64,000 bases of DNA. It comes from an uncultured Clostridia bacterium. GTDB taxonomy: Bacteria; Bacillota; Clostridia; TANB77; CAG-465. The translations under genes and the position numbers were made by a program. Below, piece after piece: positions 49,006-59,485 of this stretch (the first letter of the stretch is position 1; every line of letters starts with the position of its first letter). A model generated the notes under the pieces. It was not told the origin of the DNA and did no database searches. It saw only the letters and a list, made by a program, of their open reading frames with translations. Location of the stretch: positions 701 to 64,700 of the forward strand of contig CAKOYA010000003.1 of the NCBI GenBank assembly GCA_934130325.1, in the 5' to 3' direction.

Positions 49006-50280
49006 CTACTCATAATACTCCATTTGGAAACCAATTATATCTATTGTATCACCTTGTTGTAATCCAAGTACTTTTAGTTTATCCATCACACCCAATTTTT
49101 TCAACGTTCTTTGCATATATTGACGTGACTCTACATCAAAGATATTAACCTTACTCATCAATCTTTCAATAGGTGCTCCATATACTTTAAATCCATCTTC
49201 AATTTTTTCAATTTTAATTTCTTGATCTGGTAACTCTTCTCTTTCATTATACCCTTCATCAATTTCAACAATGTCTTCTTTTGGAATTGTTTTTAACCTT
49301 TCTGCTATATATTCAATTAAATCTGTCACTCCCTCATGCGTTACAGCTGAGATTTTAAACAATTTTAATCCTCTTTTTTCGCATTCTTTTTCAAGGCTTT
49401 CAGGCAAAGAGTTATCAGTTACACTATCAATTTTATTTGCAACAACAATTTGCTCTTTTTTAGATAGTTTCTTACTGTATTTTTCAAGTTCTACATTTAT
49501 CTTTTTAAAATTTTCTACTGGATCACATCCTTCTATTCCGGATACATCCACAACATGTACCAAAAGTCTAGTTCTTTCAACATGCTTTAAAAATTTAATT
49601 CCAAGTCCAACGCCTTCACTTGCACCCTCAATAATACCTGGAATATCTGCCATTACAAAAGCTTCTCCAGATTTTGGTTTTACAACTCCTAACGCTGGTT
49701 CAAGGGTTGTAAAGTGATAGTTAGCAATTTTAGGCTTGGCTGATGATACAGAAGAAATTAAAGTAGATTTTCCAACATTAGGGAAACCAATAAGCCCAAC
49801 ATCAGCTAACATCTTTAATTCAAGTTCTATATTTTTAGTAATACCTTTTTGCCCCATCTCAGCAAAATTTGGAACCTGTCTTGTAGATGTTGCAAAATGT
49901 TGATTACCTCTTCCACCTCTTCCACCTTTTGCAATGATAAATTCCTGATCATCTTCTGAAAGATCAGCCACTATAACATTTTTATCTACATCTTTTACAA
50001 TAGTTCCCTTAGGTACATATATGTACAAGTCTTTTCCAGATTTTCCTGTGCATCTTGCACCTTCACCATTTTTTCCATTTTCTGCTTTAAATATTTTTTT
50101 ATACTTAAAATCAAGTAATGTGCTAGTATTATTGCTTACCTTAAAAATTACGTCTCCTCCTCTGCCGCCATCTCCTCCATCAGGTCCACCATTTGCTACG
50201 TATTTCTCCCTTCTAAAGCTCATTGCACCATTTCCACCATCACCAGATTTTACGCTAATTCTTACAAAATCAATAACCAC
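49006..50280 (-). CDS. obg: GTPase Obg/CgtA
   Basis: Glycine-rich N-domain (GDGGNGAMSFRREKYVANGGPDGGDGGRGGDV), G-domain (GFPNVGKST, DIPG, NKID) and a TGS-like C-terminus. There is a GTG start with no obvious SD. Confidence 0.9.
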   Translation of the reverse strand: MVIDFVRISVKSGDGGNGAMSFRREKYVANGGPDGGDGGRGGDVIFKVSNNTSTLLDFKYKKIFKAENGKNGEGARCTGKSGKDLYIYVPKGTIVKDVDKNVIVADLSEDDQEFIIAKGGRGGRGNQHFATSTRQVPNFAEMGQKGITKNIELELKMLADVGLIGFPNVGKSTLISSVSSAKPKIANYHFTTLEPALGVVKPKSGEAFVMADIPGIIEGASEGVGLGIKFLKHVERTRLLVHVVDVSGIEGCDPVENFKKINVELEKYSKKLSKKEQIVVANKIDSVTDNSLPESLEKECEKRGLKLFKISAVTHEGVTDLIEYIAERLKTIPKEDIVEIDEGYNEREELPDQEIKIEKIEDGFKVYGAPIERLMSKVNIFDVESRQYMQRTLKKLGVMDKLKVLGLQQGDTIDIIGFQMEYYE

Positions 50281-50336
50281 TTTTTATATTATATAAATAT
50301 ATTTAAACAATATATTTATAATCTCCTTTCCTTTTA

Positions 50337-51356
50337 TTATTTATTATTAAAATAATCTATTTTCATAATTTCTTTAACCTTAGACATAGTTTCCTTTGCT
50401 CTAAATCTTGCTTTTTTAGTTCCTTCAATTAAAATTTTATCTATAATCTCTGGATGTTCTTCATAATATTTTCTCTTTTTACGTATAGGTTCTAAATACT
50501 CAGAAATATTTTTTGCAAGTTCTTTTTTACAAGCTACACAACCTCTAACACCTTTTTTACACTCATCAAATATATCATCAACATCTCTTCCACTAAATAA
50601 TTTATGGTAGTATCCAACCATACAAATTTCCGGATTAGCAGGATCATCTTTTTTTATTTTTGAAGTATCTGTAACAGCAGACATTACTTTTTTTGTTATT
50701 TCTTCATCATTGTCACTCAAATATATTGCATTTCCTAAACTTTTACCCATCTTAGAATTTCCATCTAACCCTTTTATTCTTGGAGTTTTACTTAATAATA
50801 TTTCAGGAACTGTTAAAACTTGACCATATATTGAATTAAATTTTCTTACTATTTCTCTTGTCTGCTCTATAAGGGGCTCTTGATCTTCTCCTGCAGGAAC
50901 AATATTTGCCCCAAAGGTTGCAATATCTGCAGCTTGACTTACAGGATAACCTAAAAAGCCATAGGTAATACTTTCTCCTTCATTTCCAAACAATTCCTTT
51001 TTTTGCAACATTTCACTCTTAACAGTAGGATTCCTTTGTAATCTTGAAACCGTAACAAGGTTTGAAAAAAATATAGTGAGTTCTGCAACTTCAGGTATCA
51101 TTGATTGGATATATATTGTACTTTTTTCAGGATCAATTCCACAAGATAAATAATCAATAGCAAGTTCTCTAACATTGTTTCTTACCTTATCTGGATTATT
51201 AAAATTGTCAGTTAAGGCTTGAACATCTGCAATTAATATATATTGTTCATATTCATCTTGTAACTTTACTCTATTTTGTAGAGAGCCAAAATAATGACCT
51301 ATATGCAATCTACCTGTTGGTCTATCACCAGTTAAAATTATTTTTTTGCTTTCCAT
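50337..51356 (-). CDS. trpS: Tryptophan--tRNA ligase
   Basis: GDRPTGRLHIGHY (HIGH motif) and KMGKS (KMSKS motif). 339 aa. Confidence 0.9.
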   Translation of the reverse strand: MESKKIILTGDRPTGRLHIGHYFGSLQNRVKLQDEYEQYILIADVQALTDNFNNPDKVRNNVRELAIDYLSCGIDPEKSTIYIQSMIPEVAELTIFFSNLVTVSRLQRNPTVKSEMLQKKELFGNEGESITYGFLGYPVSQAADIATFGANIVPAGEDQEPLIEQTREIVRKFNSIYGQVLTVPEILLSKTPRIKGLDGNSKMGKSLGNAIYLSDNDEEITKKVMSAVTDTSKIKKDDPANPEICMVGYYHKLFSGRDVDDIFDECKKGVRGCVACKKELAKNISEYLEPIRKKRKYYEEHPEIIDKILIEGTKKARFRAKETMSKVKEIMKIDYFNNK

Positions 51357-51566
51357 TTAAATCCTCCAATAAATTTATAACTATATTATATAATAATTAT
51401 GTAAAAAATGCTATACTTTTATATATATTTTATCACATTTTCGACAAAATACTTCATTTTTATTGACTTACTAATAATTTCTAGTATATAATATAAGTAT
51501 ATTAAACACGTATAAAAAATTAACTAATTTTTTACGTTATATTTTATTAAAAAAGGAGGAAACTTT

Positions 51567-53078
51567 ATGAGTTCCAAAAACAATTTCTACTTTAAGCTTC
51601 AGGCTTTGCACAAGGAGGTAACAGGCTCATGTATACTATGCACAATACATTTTCCAAATAACCATGAGCGGAATATCTTGGTTGATTGTGGCATTTACCA
51701 AGAGCAAACGTATGAGGACCTAAATAACGAGTTTAAATTCAATATAAAAAATATAGATGCTGTAATTTTGACTCACTCTCATATCGACCATATTGGAAGA
51801 GTTCCGTATCTTTCAAAACTTGGATACAATGGTCCTGTGTATTGTAACGCATTAACTCGAAACCTTTTTGGAGTGCTACTATACGATTGCGCAAAGAAAT
51901 TTCAAAAAGATTTTGAAAAAGAAAAAAGAACAGTTAAAAATCCAACACCTCCGTTATACAATTATGATGATGTTGACAAAGCAATTTCTCTTATAAAAAC
52001 TAAGAGGATTAATGAACCGTTTGAAATTGATGATGGTATAACCATTACTTTTATTGATAATGGTCATATGCTAAGTGCATCTAGCATATATATTGAAGCA
52101 AGTTACAAAAACAGGAAAAAAATCAACCTATTATTTTCAGGTGATTACAAAAAAGAAAACTTATTTAAAGAGACATCAGTTATTCCACAAAGTATTGCTG
52201 AAAATAAGAATTTAAATTTGGTAATTGAATCTACTTTGTTTGAGAGTTACCAGAACTCACCTGCTACCTTTAAGGATGATATTATATCACAGCTAAAACA
52301 GGAAAAACCAATTTTGATATTGTCACTTGCACAAGAAAGGTTAGAGACAATATTATATAACCTAAAGGAAATTGAAAGTTGTGGACATGACTTTGAAATC
52401 TGGATTGATGCTCCTCTTGGAATTTCGATACTCGATATTTACAGAAAAAACAGCAATATTAACTTTATGCCAAAGAATGTTAATGTTGTAGTATCACAGG
52501 AAGAGAGAGAAATTCTTCTGAAAAATCCTAAAAAAGGAAGAATAATAATTACCTCTTCGGGCATGGCTGACGGCGGTAATGCACCGTACTATTTAGAAAC
52601 TTATCTTCGTTGTAACAGTGCTATTTTCTTTACAAGTTACCTATCGAACAATTCATTGGGAAGAAAAGTTGTAGAGACCTCAAGAGGAAATAAAATTCGT
52701 GTATTTCCTTTTGGAGAACAAATAAAAATTAATGCACAAATTTTTCAAACAAGAGAATTTTCGTCACATGGAAGTCCTGAAGAGATTTTAGATTTCATTA
52801 AATCTTTTAGTTCTCTTAAAAATGTATTTATAAACCATGGTTCAGAGAAGTCGCAAAAAATTCTGAAAAATACTCTTGGAAACATGGACATAAAATCAAC
52901 AATACTTGGGAATGAAGAAATTCATAAAGTAACAAATTTGGGAGATGTCTATTCTACCCTAATTCATCCTCCAAAAAAGGAAATAAAAAATACGTATAAC
53001 AGACCCTCTAAATATTCCAATTTAGAAAATAGAACTATACCTGCTTCACGAAGAAAAAAATCTTGTATTAATTACTAA
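51567..53078 (+). CDS. MBL-fold metallo-hydrolase of the beta-CASP type (CPSF73/RNase J/Artemis-like nuclease family)
   Basis: EVTGSCIL, THSHIDHIG (HxHxDH), ESTLFES, SSHGS and NHGS are beta-CASP motifs A-C. I counted 23 G+C in 51601-51660, clearly above the local background. Confidence 0.75.
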   Translation: MSSKNNFYFKLQALHKEVTGSCILCTIHFPNNHERNILVDCGIYQEQTYEDLNNEFKFNIKNIDAVILTHSHIDHIGRVPYLSKLGYNGPVYCNALTRNLFGVLLYDCAKKFQKDFEKEKRTVKNPTPPLYNYDDVDKAISLIKTKRINEPFEIDDGITITFIDNGHMLSASSIYIEASYKNRKKINLLFSGDYKKENLFKETSVIPQSIAENKNLNLVIESTLFESYQNSPATFKDDIISQLKQEKPILILSLAQERLETILYNLKEIESCGHDFEIWIDAPLGISILDIYRKNSNINFMPKNVNVVVSQEEREILLKNPKKGRIIITSSGMADGGNAPYYLETYLRCNSAIFFTSYLSNNSLGRKVVETSRGNKIRVFPFGEQIKINAQIFQTREFSSHGSPEEILDFIKSFSSLKNVFINHGSEKSQKILKNTLGNMDIKSTILGNEEIHKVTNLGDVYSTLIHPPKKEIKNTYNRPSKYSNLENRTIPASRRKKSCINY

Positions 53079-53084
53079 AGATTA

Positions 53085-53113
53085 GGTACCTAATATATTG
53101 TTAGGTACCTTTT
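53085..53113 (+). terminator. Terminator of the beta-CASP gene
   Basis: GGTACCTAA-tatattg-TTAGGTACC followed by TTTTC. Confidence 0.65.
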
Positions 53114-53214
53114 CATCTTCCAAAAAATTTTTAATAAATAAAATCTCAATTATTAAACTTCAAAATAGTTACTAATTGAGATTTATTATATTTAAGCATA
53201 ATTTCTATTATATG

Positions 53215-55128
53215 CTACTTAATTTCTTTTTTATACTTATCAATATCAACATCCATAAGTATTGGTAAAATCATTGGTTGTCTCTTTGTCTTTGAATATA
53301 TGTAATGTATTAGACTATCCCTTAAATTAGATTTTATATTAGACCATTCACGGATATTTTCTCTATCACATTTTTCTAGTTCTTTCTTTGCTATTTCTCT
53401 TATCTCATCCATTAAATCTTCACTTTCTCTTACATATACAAATCCACGAGTTACTATATCCGGACCAGAAATTACCTTAGATGTTCTTCTATCTAAACTT
53501 ACAACTATTATTATCATACCATTTTCAGATAAAAGCTGTCTATCACGAAGTACTATATTTCCTACATCTCCAACTCCTAAACCATCAACAAGAACCATTC
53601 CAGATGGAACTTGAGTTGTAATCTTAGCGTCATTTTTACTTATTTCAAGTGTTTTACCATTTTCCATAATAAATATATTTTCTTTAGGTGTACCTATACT
53701 TGTAGCAATTTCGCCATGTTGTTTTAAAAATCTATATTCACCATGAACAGGCATAAAATATTTCGGTTTAGTTAAGCTCAACATTAACTTTAATTCTTCT
53801 TGACATGCATGACCTGAAACGTGTACATCTGCCAATTGATTATATATTATTTCAGCACCCAATTTTTCTAATTCATCAATTACTCTTCCTACAGATTTTT
53901 CATTTCCAGGAATTGGTGAAGATGAAAAAATAACTAGGTCGTCCGGTGTTATTTGAACTTTCTTATGTTCACCTACTGACATTCTTGAAAGGGCAGCCAT
54001 AGGTTCACCTTGAGAACCCGTAGTAATTATAACTAATTGTTCTGGGTTATAATTTCCAATTTTATCAATATCTATTAAAGTCCCCTCTGGCATAGTTATA
54101 TAACCAAGTTCTTGAGATACTGTCATAACATTTAACATACTACGTCCTACTACAGCTACTTTTCTTTTGCATTTAACAGCTGAATTTACTATTTGTTGCA
54201 TTCTATGAATATTTGATGCAAATGTAGCAACAATTATTCTTTTTGTACAGTTAGTAAATATCTTATCAAATTCTTTACCAACACTACTTTCAGACATTGT
54301 ATATCCAGGTCTTTGTACATTTGTACTATCTGACATAAGAAGTACAATTCCTTCTCTTCCAATTTCAGCAATCCTTTGAAAATCCATCATTTCCCCATCA
54401 ATTGGAGTATAATCTATTTTAAAATCTCCTGTATGGAATACAACTCCAACAGGTGTTGTAATAGCAACACCAACAGAATCTGCAATTGAATGGGTTACTT
54501 TTATAAACTCTACTTTAAAGTGCTTACCAAATTTTACTACGTCACGTGGCTTAACGCATTTTAATTTTGTAGTTTTATCTAAATTATGTTCAATTAATTT
54601 ATTTTTTATAAGTCCCAAAGTAAGTTTAGTACCATATACTGGAACATTTATTTTCTTTAAGAAATACGGAATAGAACCTATGTGATCTTCATGACCATGT
54701 GTAATAACTACAGCTTTTACTTTATCTTTATTTCTTTCAAGATATGTAATATCTGGTATTACTAAATCTACCCCAAGCATATCATCTTCTGGGAAAGCTA
54801 ATCCGCAATCCACAACAATTATTTCGTTATCATACTCAAATACAGTTATATTCTTTCCGATTTCATTCATTCCACCAAGTGGTATTATTTTTAACTTAGA
54901 TTTTTTAAACACACTAGGCTTAACATTTTTTGCTACAACCAAACTAGTATCAATATTAGAAAATTCTACTTCCGGTGCACTTTTAGAATTTAACTTAACC
55001 TTTGTATCCTTTTTTAATCTGCTGTTTTGTCTGGTCTTTTTAATTTTTCCACCTGTACTTTTATGAGTACTTTTGGTAATTCCTTTAATTTTATTTTCTC
55101 TTTTGTTTTCATATTTTTTTTCTTCCAT
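53215..55128 (-). CDS. rnj: Ribonuclease J with an ~80-aa basic N-terminal extension
   Basis: LKIIPLGGMNEIGKN, ITHGHEDHIG and a beta-CASP plus C-terminal domain. It is preceded by the Lys-rich MEEKKYENKRENKIKG... Confidence 0.9.
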   Translation of the reverse strand: MEEKKYENKRENKIKGITKSTHKSTGGKIKKTRQNSRLKKDTKVKLNSKSAPEVEFSNIDTSLVVAKNVKPSVFKKSKLKIIPLGGMNEIGKNITVFEYDNEIIVVDCGLAFPEDDMLGVDLVIPDITYLERNKDKVKAVVITHGHEDHIGSIPYFLKKINVPVYGTKLTLGLIKNKLIEHNLDKTTKLKCVKPRDVVKFGKHFKVEFIKVTHSIADSVGVAITTPVGVVFHTGDFKIDYTPIDGEMMDFQRIAEIGREGIVLLMSDSTNVQRPGYTMSESSVGKEFDKIFTNCTKRIIVATFASNIHRMQQIVNSAVKCKRKVAVVGRSMLNVMTVSQELGYITMPEGTLIDIDKIGNYNPEQLVIITTGSQGEPMAALSRMSVGEHKKVQITPDDLVIFSSSPIPGNEKSVGRVIDELEKLGAEIIYNQLADVHVSGHACQEELKLMLSLTKPKYFMPVHGEYRFLKQHGEIATSIGTPKENIFIMENGKTLEISKNDAKITTQVPSGMVLVDGLGVGDVGNIVLRDRQLLSENGMIIIVVSLDRRTSKVISGPDIVTRGFVYVRESEDLMDEIREIAKKELEKCDRENIREWSNIKSNLRDSLIHYIYSKTKRQPMILPILMDVDIDKYKKEIK

Positions 55129-55421
55129 TAAATCATCCTTTCATTTTTATATTAATTTTTCAATTTACAATTTACCACGTTCATTTATATAAATAGTATT
55201 CCACTATTTTTTTATTTTATTTAGATAACTCGATTCACTACAAACTAATGTATATATTATACATTAATTTTATACTTTTGTCAAATTTTATGACCCCGTC
55301 AACTTTTAAAATAGAATACAGATAATATATTTTAATGTTGATATTTAGTAATTTTTATGATAATATATACATGTGTATGTATTATTATTTATTTCATCTT
55401 ATAATTAAGGGAGGGATTCTT

Positions 55422-55829
55422 GTGACATTTCATGAAAATGATATACCCATTGTGAAAAAGGTGTGCTGTCTATATACATATTCAAATTTCAAAACAATGG
55501 AAAATGTTTTAAATGACGATGAACTTAGCAAGTACAACTTAACAGAAAAAAAAATTGCTGAAATTTTACACTTAGCAATAAAATTCAATATAGTTGACGA
55601 CGATACTGCTTACCTCATCCGGGAAAATGCAATAAGACACTCAGAGTTAAAAAGTAAATGCAAAAACACAAAATTAAGAGAGCTATACGATAATCTATTT
55701 AAAGATAGAGTTCAGGATAAAATAGATTTTCCAAATGGCCATGCTTTTTTGGATTTTAACATTTCCAAAAAATGTGTTGATGCTAACAACGAAATTCCTA
55801 GTAATTATACACAAATTTCATTATTTTAA
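55422..55829 (+). CDS. Hypothetical protein (135 aa from the GTG start)
   Basis: AAGGGAGGGATTCTT-GTG gives a strong RBS. I recognise no family. Confidence 0.45.
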   Translation: MTFHENDIPIVKKVCCLYTYSNFKTMENVLNDDELSKYNLTEKKIAEILHLAIKFNIVDDDTAYLIRENAIRHSELKSKCKNTKLRELYDNLFKDRVQDKIDFPNGHAFLDFNISKKCVDANNEIPSNYTQISLF

Positions 55830-55859
55830 AAAAAGCTCTTTAGTATGCAAACTTGCATA

Positions 55860-57167
55860 TTAAAGAGTCTTTTCTTTATCTTTTAATATTCCAGATTTAT
55901 CCATATATATTTTTTTTGAAACTACCTTAGAATTTTTTCTTTTAAATTCTCTATTAAAATACTCATAGTATGTACCTGGAGCAATAAGTCCAGAAATTTT
56001 TAGTATGTCTATGCCTGATGTTCCTAATATTTCATCTGCAAGCAAGACACAATTTGTATTTAATACAAAATATGTTTTAAACTTTCCATCAATAAATTTA
56101 TAAAATTTTGCACCTGTTGCATTATATAGCATGCTTGCATAGTCATTAAATTCCTTATCCTTATGTAAATAACTTTCTGGATACCATTCATAAGTTGATT
56201 TCTTTATTTCTTCAATTTTTCTGTTAATTGCATCTTTTTGATTCTCAGTTAATTTTAATCCAAATCCTACTATTGTCTTGTTTACCTTAGTATTGCAAAA
56301 CTCTAAATATTTATCTTTATCACATTCAAAAAGTACTCCATCTCCTATTGATGAATTAAACAGTACATTTGATTCATCATATGAGCCATATGAAATTATC
56401 TTGCCATTATAGTATAGGTCTACATGCCCAAAAGATGCACTTAATCCCTTTTTCATATGCACGAGAACTTCTATATCTGGTACCTCATCAATTTTTTTAA
56501 ACTCTATTTCTTTATTACTTCGGTACGGCATGAAAACTTGATTTATTTCTTCTAATGCCATCCTTGGAATAAATGCTGCTACAAATATCGGCAATGCAAT
56601 TTTGATCTTTTTCTTTAATTTATTTATCTTCCTTATTGGTATTGTAGATTCTATACCAGATATCATATATGATAATGCTAATAACAAAACATAAATTCCT
56701 GCTAATATATATGTTACATTTAATCTAATTAATGGATAAAATAGCATTATGCAAAAAAACACATACGCTAATATACTCCTAAATAATACTGCAAATCTTG
56801 TAGGTATTTTATTTTTTTTATAAATATAAAATACGGTACTTTTTATTATTGCATCAATTAAAATATATATTGTAAACAATAAAGGAAACATATTAACAAA
56901 AATACTTGTATTAAAATATATGAAAGCCCCTGTTAGTATATTTAGAATTGAGTATATAAAATTAGTTGTCACTACTTTTTCAGATTTTGATATTATATTT
57001 TTTATTGAATTTGTTATCCCCATCATTACAAGTATCAAAGAAACACCATAAGCAACCAAATCTACAAATGCATTTCTTCCAATTATCAACAAAATTCCTA
57101 ATATTATTAATATTATTCCTTGTAAAATAGTTGTTGTAGAATTTACAAATCTTTCACTTTTTTCCAT
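55860..57167 (-). CDS. Membrane protein: N-terminal DUF308/HdeD-like TM bundle plus a C-terminal His...Cys domain resembling PPPDE/LRAT-type permuted papain-fold peptidases
   Basis: The product has ~7 TM helices. Then come SASFGHVDLYYNGKIISYGSYD and, about 130 aa later, NTNCVLLADEILGTSGI. Confidence 0.45.
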   Translation of the reverse strand: MEKSERFVNSTTTILQGIILIILGILLIIGRNAFVDLVAYGVSLILVMMGITNSIKNIISKSEKVVTTNFIYSILNILTGAFIYFNTSIFVNMFPLLFTIYILIDAIIKSTVFYIYKKNKIPTRFAVLFRSILAYVFFCIMLFYPLIRLNVTYILAGIYVLLLALSYMISGIESTIPIRKINKLKKKIKIALPIFVAAFIPRMALEEINQVFMPYRSNKEIEFKKIDEVPDIEVLVHMKKGLSASFGHVDLYYNGKIISYGSYDESNVLFNSSIGDGVLFECDKDKYLEFCNTKVNKTIVGFGLKLTENQKDAINRKIEEIKKSTYEWYPESYLHKDKEFNDYASMLYNATGAKFYKFIDGKFKTYFVLNTNCVLLADEILGTSGIDILKISGLIAPGTYYEYFNREFKRKNSKVVSKKIYMDKSGILKDKEKTL

Positions 57168-57248
57168 AAAATTCCTCTAAATAAAGTAGCTTTAGTATAT
57201 CATATTTATTAATATATTGTAAACTATAAATTTCATATTTTAGAAAAA

Positions 57249-57290
57249 ACACCTCAATAATTACTAAATTTAGTAATTATTGAAGTGTTC
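57249..57290 (-). terminator. Terminator after the 675-aa surface protein gene
   Basis: AACACTTCAATAATTACTAA-att-TAGTAATTATTGAGGTGTT, then T6, on the minus strand. Confidence 0.65.
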
Positions 57291-57301
57291 TTTTAATTAA
57301 G

Positions 57302-59329
57302 CTATTCAACCTTTATCAACAGATTTGCAAAATCCCCCGTCTTATTATCTTTAGCAGTAAGGATAGTTTCACCTCGACTTAATGTTATCACCTTATTTTC
57401 CTCAAGCTTGGCCACAGTCTTATCGGAAAGTGTTAAGGTTATATCTTTACCATATGAATTTCCTAAAAGTGAATATACATTAAAATCCATCCCAAGTTTT
57501 AATGTAATATCGTCGGAATAAAACACTATTCTTGGAATAGGTGTATTGGTTATCCCATCCACTACCTTTACCTTTACTGATTTTTCAACTCTTCCTATCC
57601 TAACAGATATTATAGTATCACCACAAGTAACACCTGTTATATAGCCATCTTTATCAATGACTGCGATATTTTCATTATACGAAGAATACACTGCAGTTTC
57701 CTTTGAATTTGAAGATGGTAACACATCATAAAAATCCTTTATATCTACCTTCATTTTTTGAGTAACTTCAATTGTACTCTTTTTAAAAGAGATATCTTTT
57801 ATACTTTCTTCCTCCTCATCTTTCTTTGTCGCTGTTACTTTGTACTTTACGGTAACTCCATCGCATTTTATTTTTACCCAAGTTTTTCCAGAACCTTTTA
57901 TACACACATTTCCATATTTATCAACCGTTGCTATATTATCGTTTTCTGAATAATATGTGACTTTTCTATCACTAACATTTTTCACAAGTTCTGAAATATC
58001 AAAAGTTTCACCGATATAAAACTCACCTGAATCTTCACTTAATCTTATATCCTTATAGTATTTATCCTCCTTCCAAATATCTTTTTTTACGACCAACTTT
58101 AGTTCTTTCGTCACGCCATTAGATAAAAGAAGTATTTTAGTCGAACCTTTTTTCTTAGCTGTAATTAATCCTGTGGAAAAATTGACCGAGGCTACGTCTG
58201 TATCCTCAGATACATAATACACATTACAATCTGAAGGTGATGTTTTTACATTCTTTTTTAGACTGTAAGTGTCATCTACACTTAAATTAATAACATCTTC
58301 AGATACTGTTATTTTTCTTACCTCCTGACAATACTTTTTATCTGTATATACAAATATAGGTACATACACTTTATCGTAATAAGAACCTATATAATAAAAT
58401 TCAAGGAGCCCTGCTCCGTTTATATTTCCTTTTACTTTTATTACTGCACTTCCTCCATTTATTTCCTGCTTTTGTATAGAAATATTTCCTTTTGTATTAT
58501 CTACCCTTAAATTTTTATTAGGATCATATTTTACCTTTATTGTTACCTCTTTTCCATTTTTTACTGTATAAAAACTATCTTCAGGTGTTATTCTTTTAAC
58601 GTTTCTACTTCCTTTCCCATCTTCATTATATTTGGTCGTTATACAATATACTTGATTCAAGGCCATTGAAACCTCTTCCTCAATGTTAGTTTCAGAAGCT
58701 AAATTTAAGAATATAGTTATTACTTCCTCTTTCGTAATATTTGATTCTGGGTCAAATTCATATATACTTTTCCCGTCAAATAGATTTCTTTCATAACAAT
58801 ATTTTATATATTCAGCCGCCCAAGAATTTTCAATATCCTTAAAAGTGCATTCTCTTTCCTTTTCGACATAAAAGAATTTTTGGTGATAAGTAGCGATAAT
58901 TTTTGCTACTTCTGCTCTTGTTATGCATTCATTAAACTTAAGTTCAACTTCTCCCTCTTCATTCAATCTTCCGTCTAAAATACCTAATTTTCTTAACTTT
59001 TTAACGCTTTCTAAGTCATTATCTGAAACTGTAGCTATATCTTTAAATATAGTCAAATCTTCATTGTCAGCCGATGTCTCATTTCCTGTGTTTTCGATTA
59101 CCTGCAAAATAAGCGAGAATAAATAATACCGTTTTTCCTCCTGTCCTAAATCTTCATATGATTTTAACTTAATCTTTTTTGTTGCCTCTTTAAACCACTG
59201 ACTCATCTCAAATTGTTTCTGATTTTTATACGGAACAAAACATCCACCGTTAAAAGCAAATACATTCAATGTAAACGCAATTCCAACGACTAAAATAACC
59301 AACATTGAAACTATTGATTTCCTTTTCAT
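57302..59329 (-). CDS. Secreted surface protein with SLH-like segments and several Big_2 (bacterial Ig-like) repeats
   Basis: Signal peptide MKRKSIVSMLVILVVGIAFTLNVFA. ITRAEVAKIIATY is SLH-like. There are four repeats of the type VASV...GLITAKKKGSTKI. Confidence 0.7.
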   Translation of the reverse strand: MKRKSIVSMLVILVVGIAFTLNVFAFNGGCFVPYKNQKQFEMSQWFKEATKKIKLKSYEDLGQEEKRYYLFSLILQVIENTGNETSADNEDLTIFKDIATVSDNDLESVKKLRKLGILDGRLNEEGEVELKFNECITRAEVAKIIATYHQKFFYVEKERECTFKDIENSWAAEYIKYCYERNLFDGKSIYEFDPESNITKEEVITIFLNLASETNIEEEVSMALNQVYCITTKYNEDGKGSRNVKRITPEDSFYTVKNGKEVTIKVKYDPNKNLRVDNTKGNISIQKQEINGGSAVIKVKGNINGAGLLEFYYIGSYYDKVYVPIFVYTDKKYCQEVRKITVSEDVINLSVDDTYSLKKNVKTSPSDCNVYYVSEDTDVASVNFSTGLITAKKKGSTKILLLSNGVTKELKLVVKKDIWKEDKYYKDIRLSEDSGEFYIGETFDISELVKNVSDRKVTYYSENDNIATVDKYGNVCIKGSGKTWVKIKCDGVTVKYKVTATKKDEEEESIKDISFKKSTIEVTQKMKVDIKDFYDVLPSSNSKETAVYSSYNENIAVIDKDGYITGVTCGDTIISVRIGRVEKSVKVKVVDGITNTPIPRIVFYSDDITLKLGMDFNVYSLLGNSYGKDITLTLSDKTVAKLEENKVITLSRGETILTAKDNKTGDFANLLIKVE

Positions 59330-59485
59330 AAGATCAACTCCTTTAATTTAATTATAACTTAACTTTTTGTTTACCATGTAGGATTATTATATCACACTAT
59401 TACCAAAAAAGCAACTGTTTACATAACAATACAAACATAAGGCCCGGATAATTTATCCGAGCCTTTTTTATTATACTTAAAATAC

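Noticed and set aside
50281-50336. obg lacking a Shine-Dalgarno sequence and using GTG, as a sign of 5' truncation.
   Set aside because: The N-terminus (M)VIDFVRISVKSGDGGNG aligns with full-length Obg from its first residues, so the gene is complete. It is probably just weak or coupled initiation.
51357-51566. An expected T-box leader upstream of trpS.
   Set aside because: The 5' region is only ~200 nt and extremely AT-rich. It contains no T-box sequence (no GGTGGTACC-like element), specifier-loop architecture or terminator/antiterminator pair.
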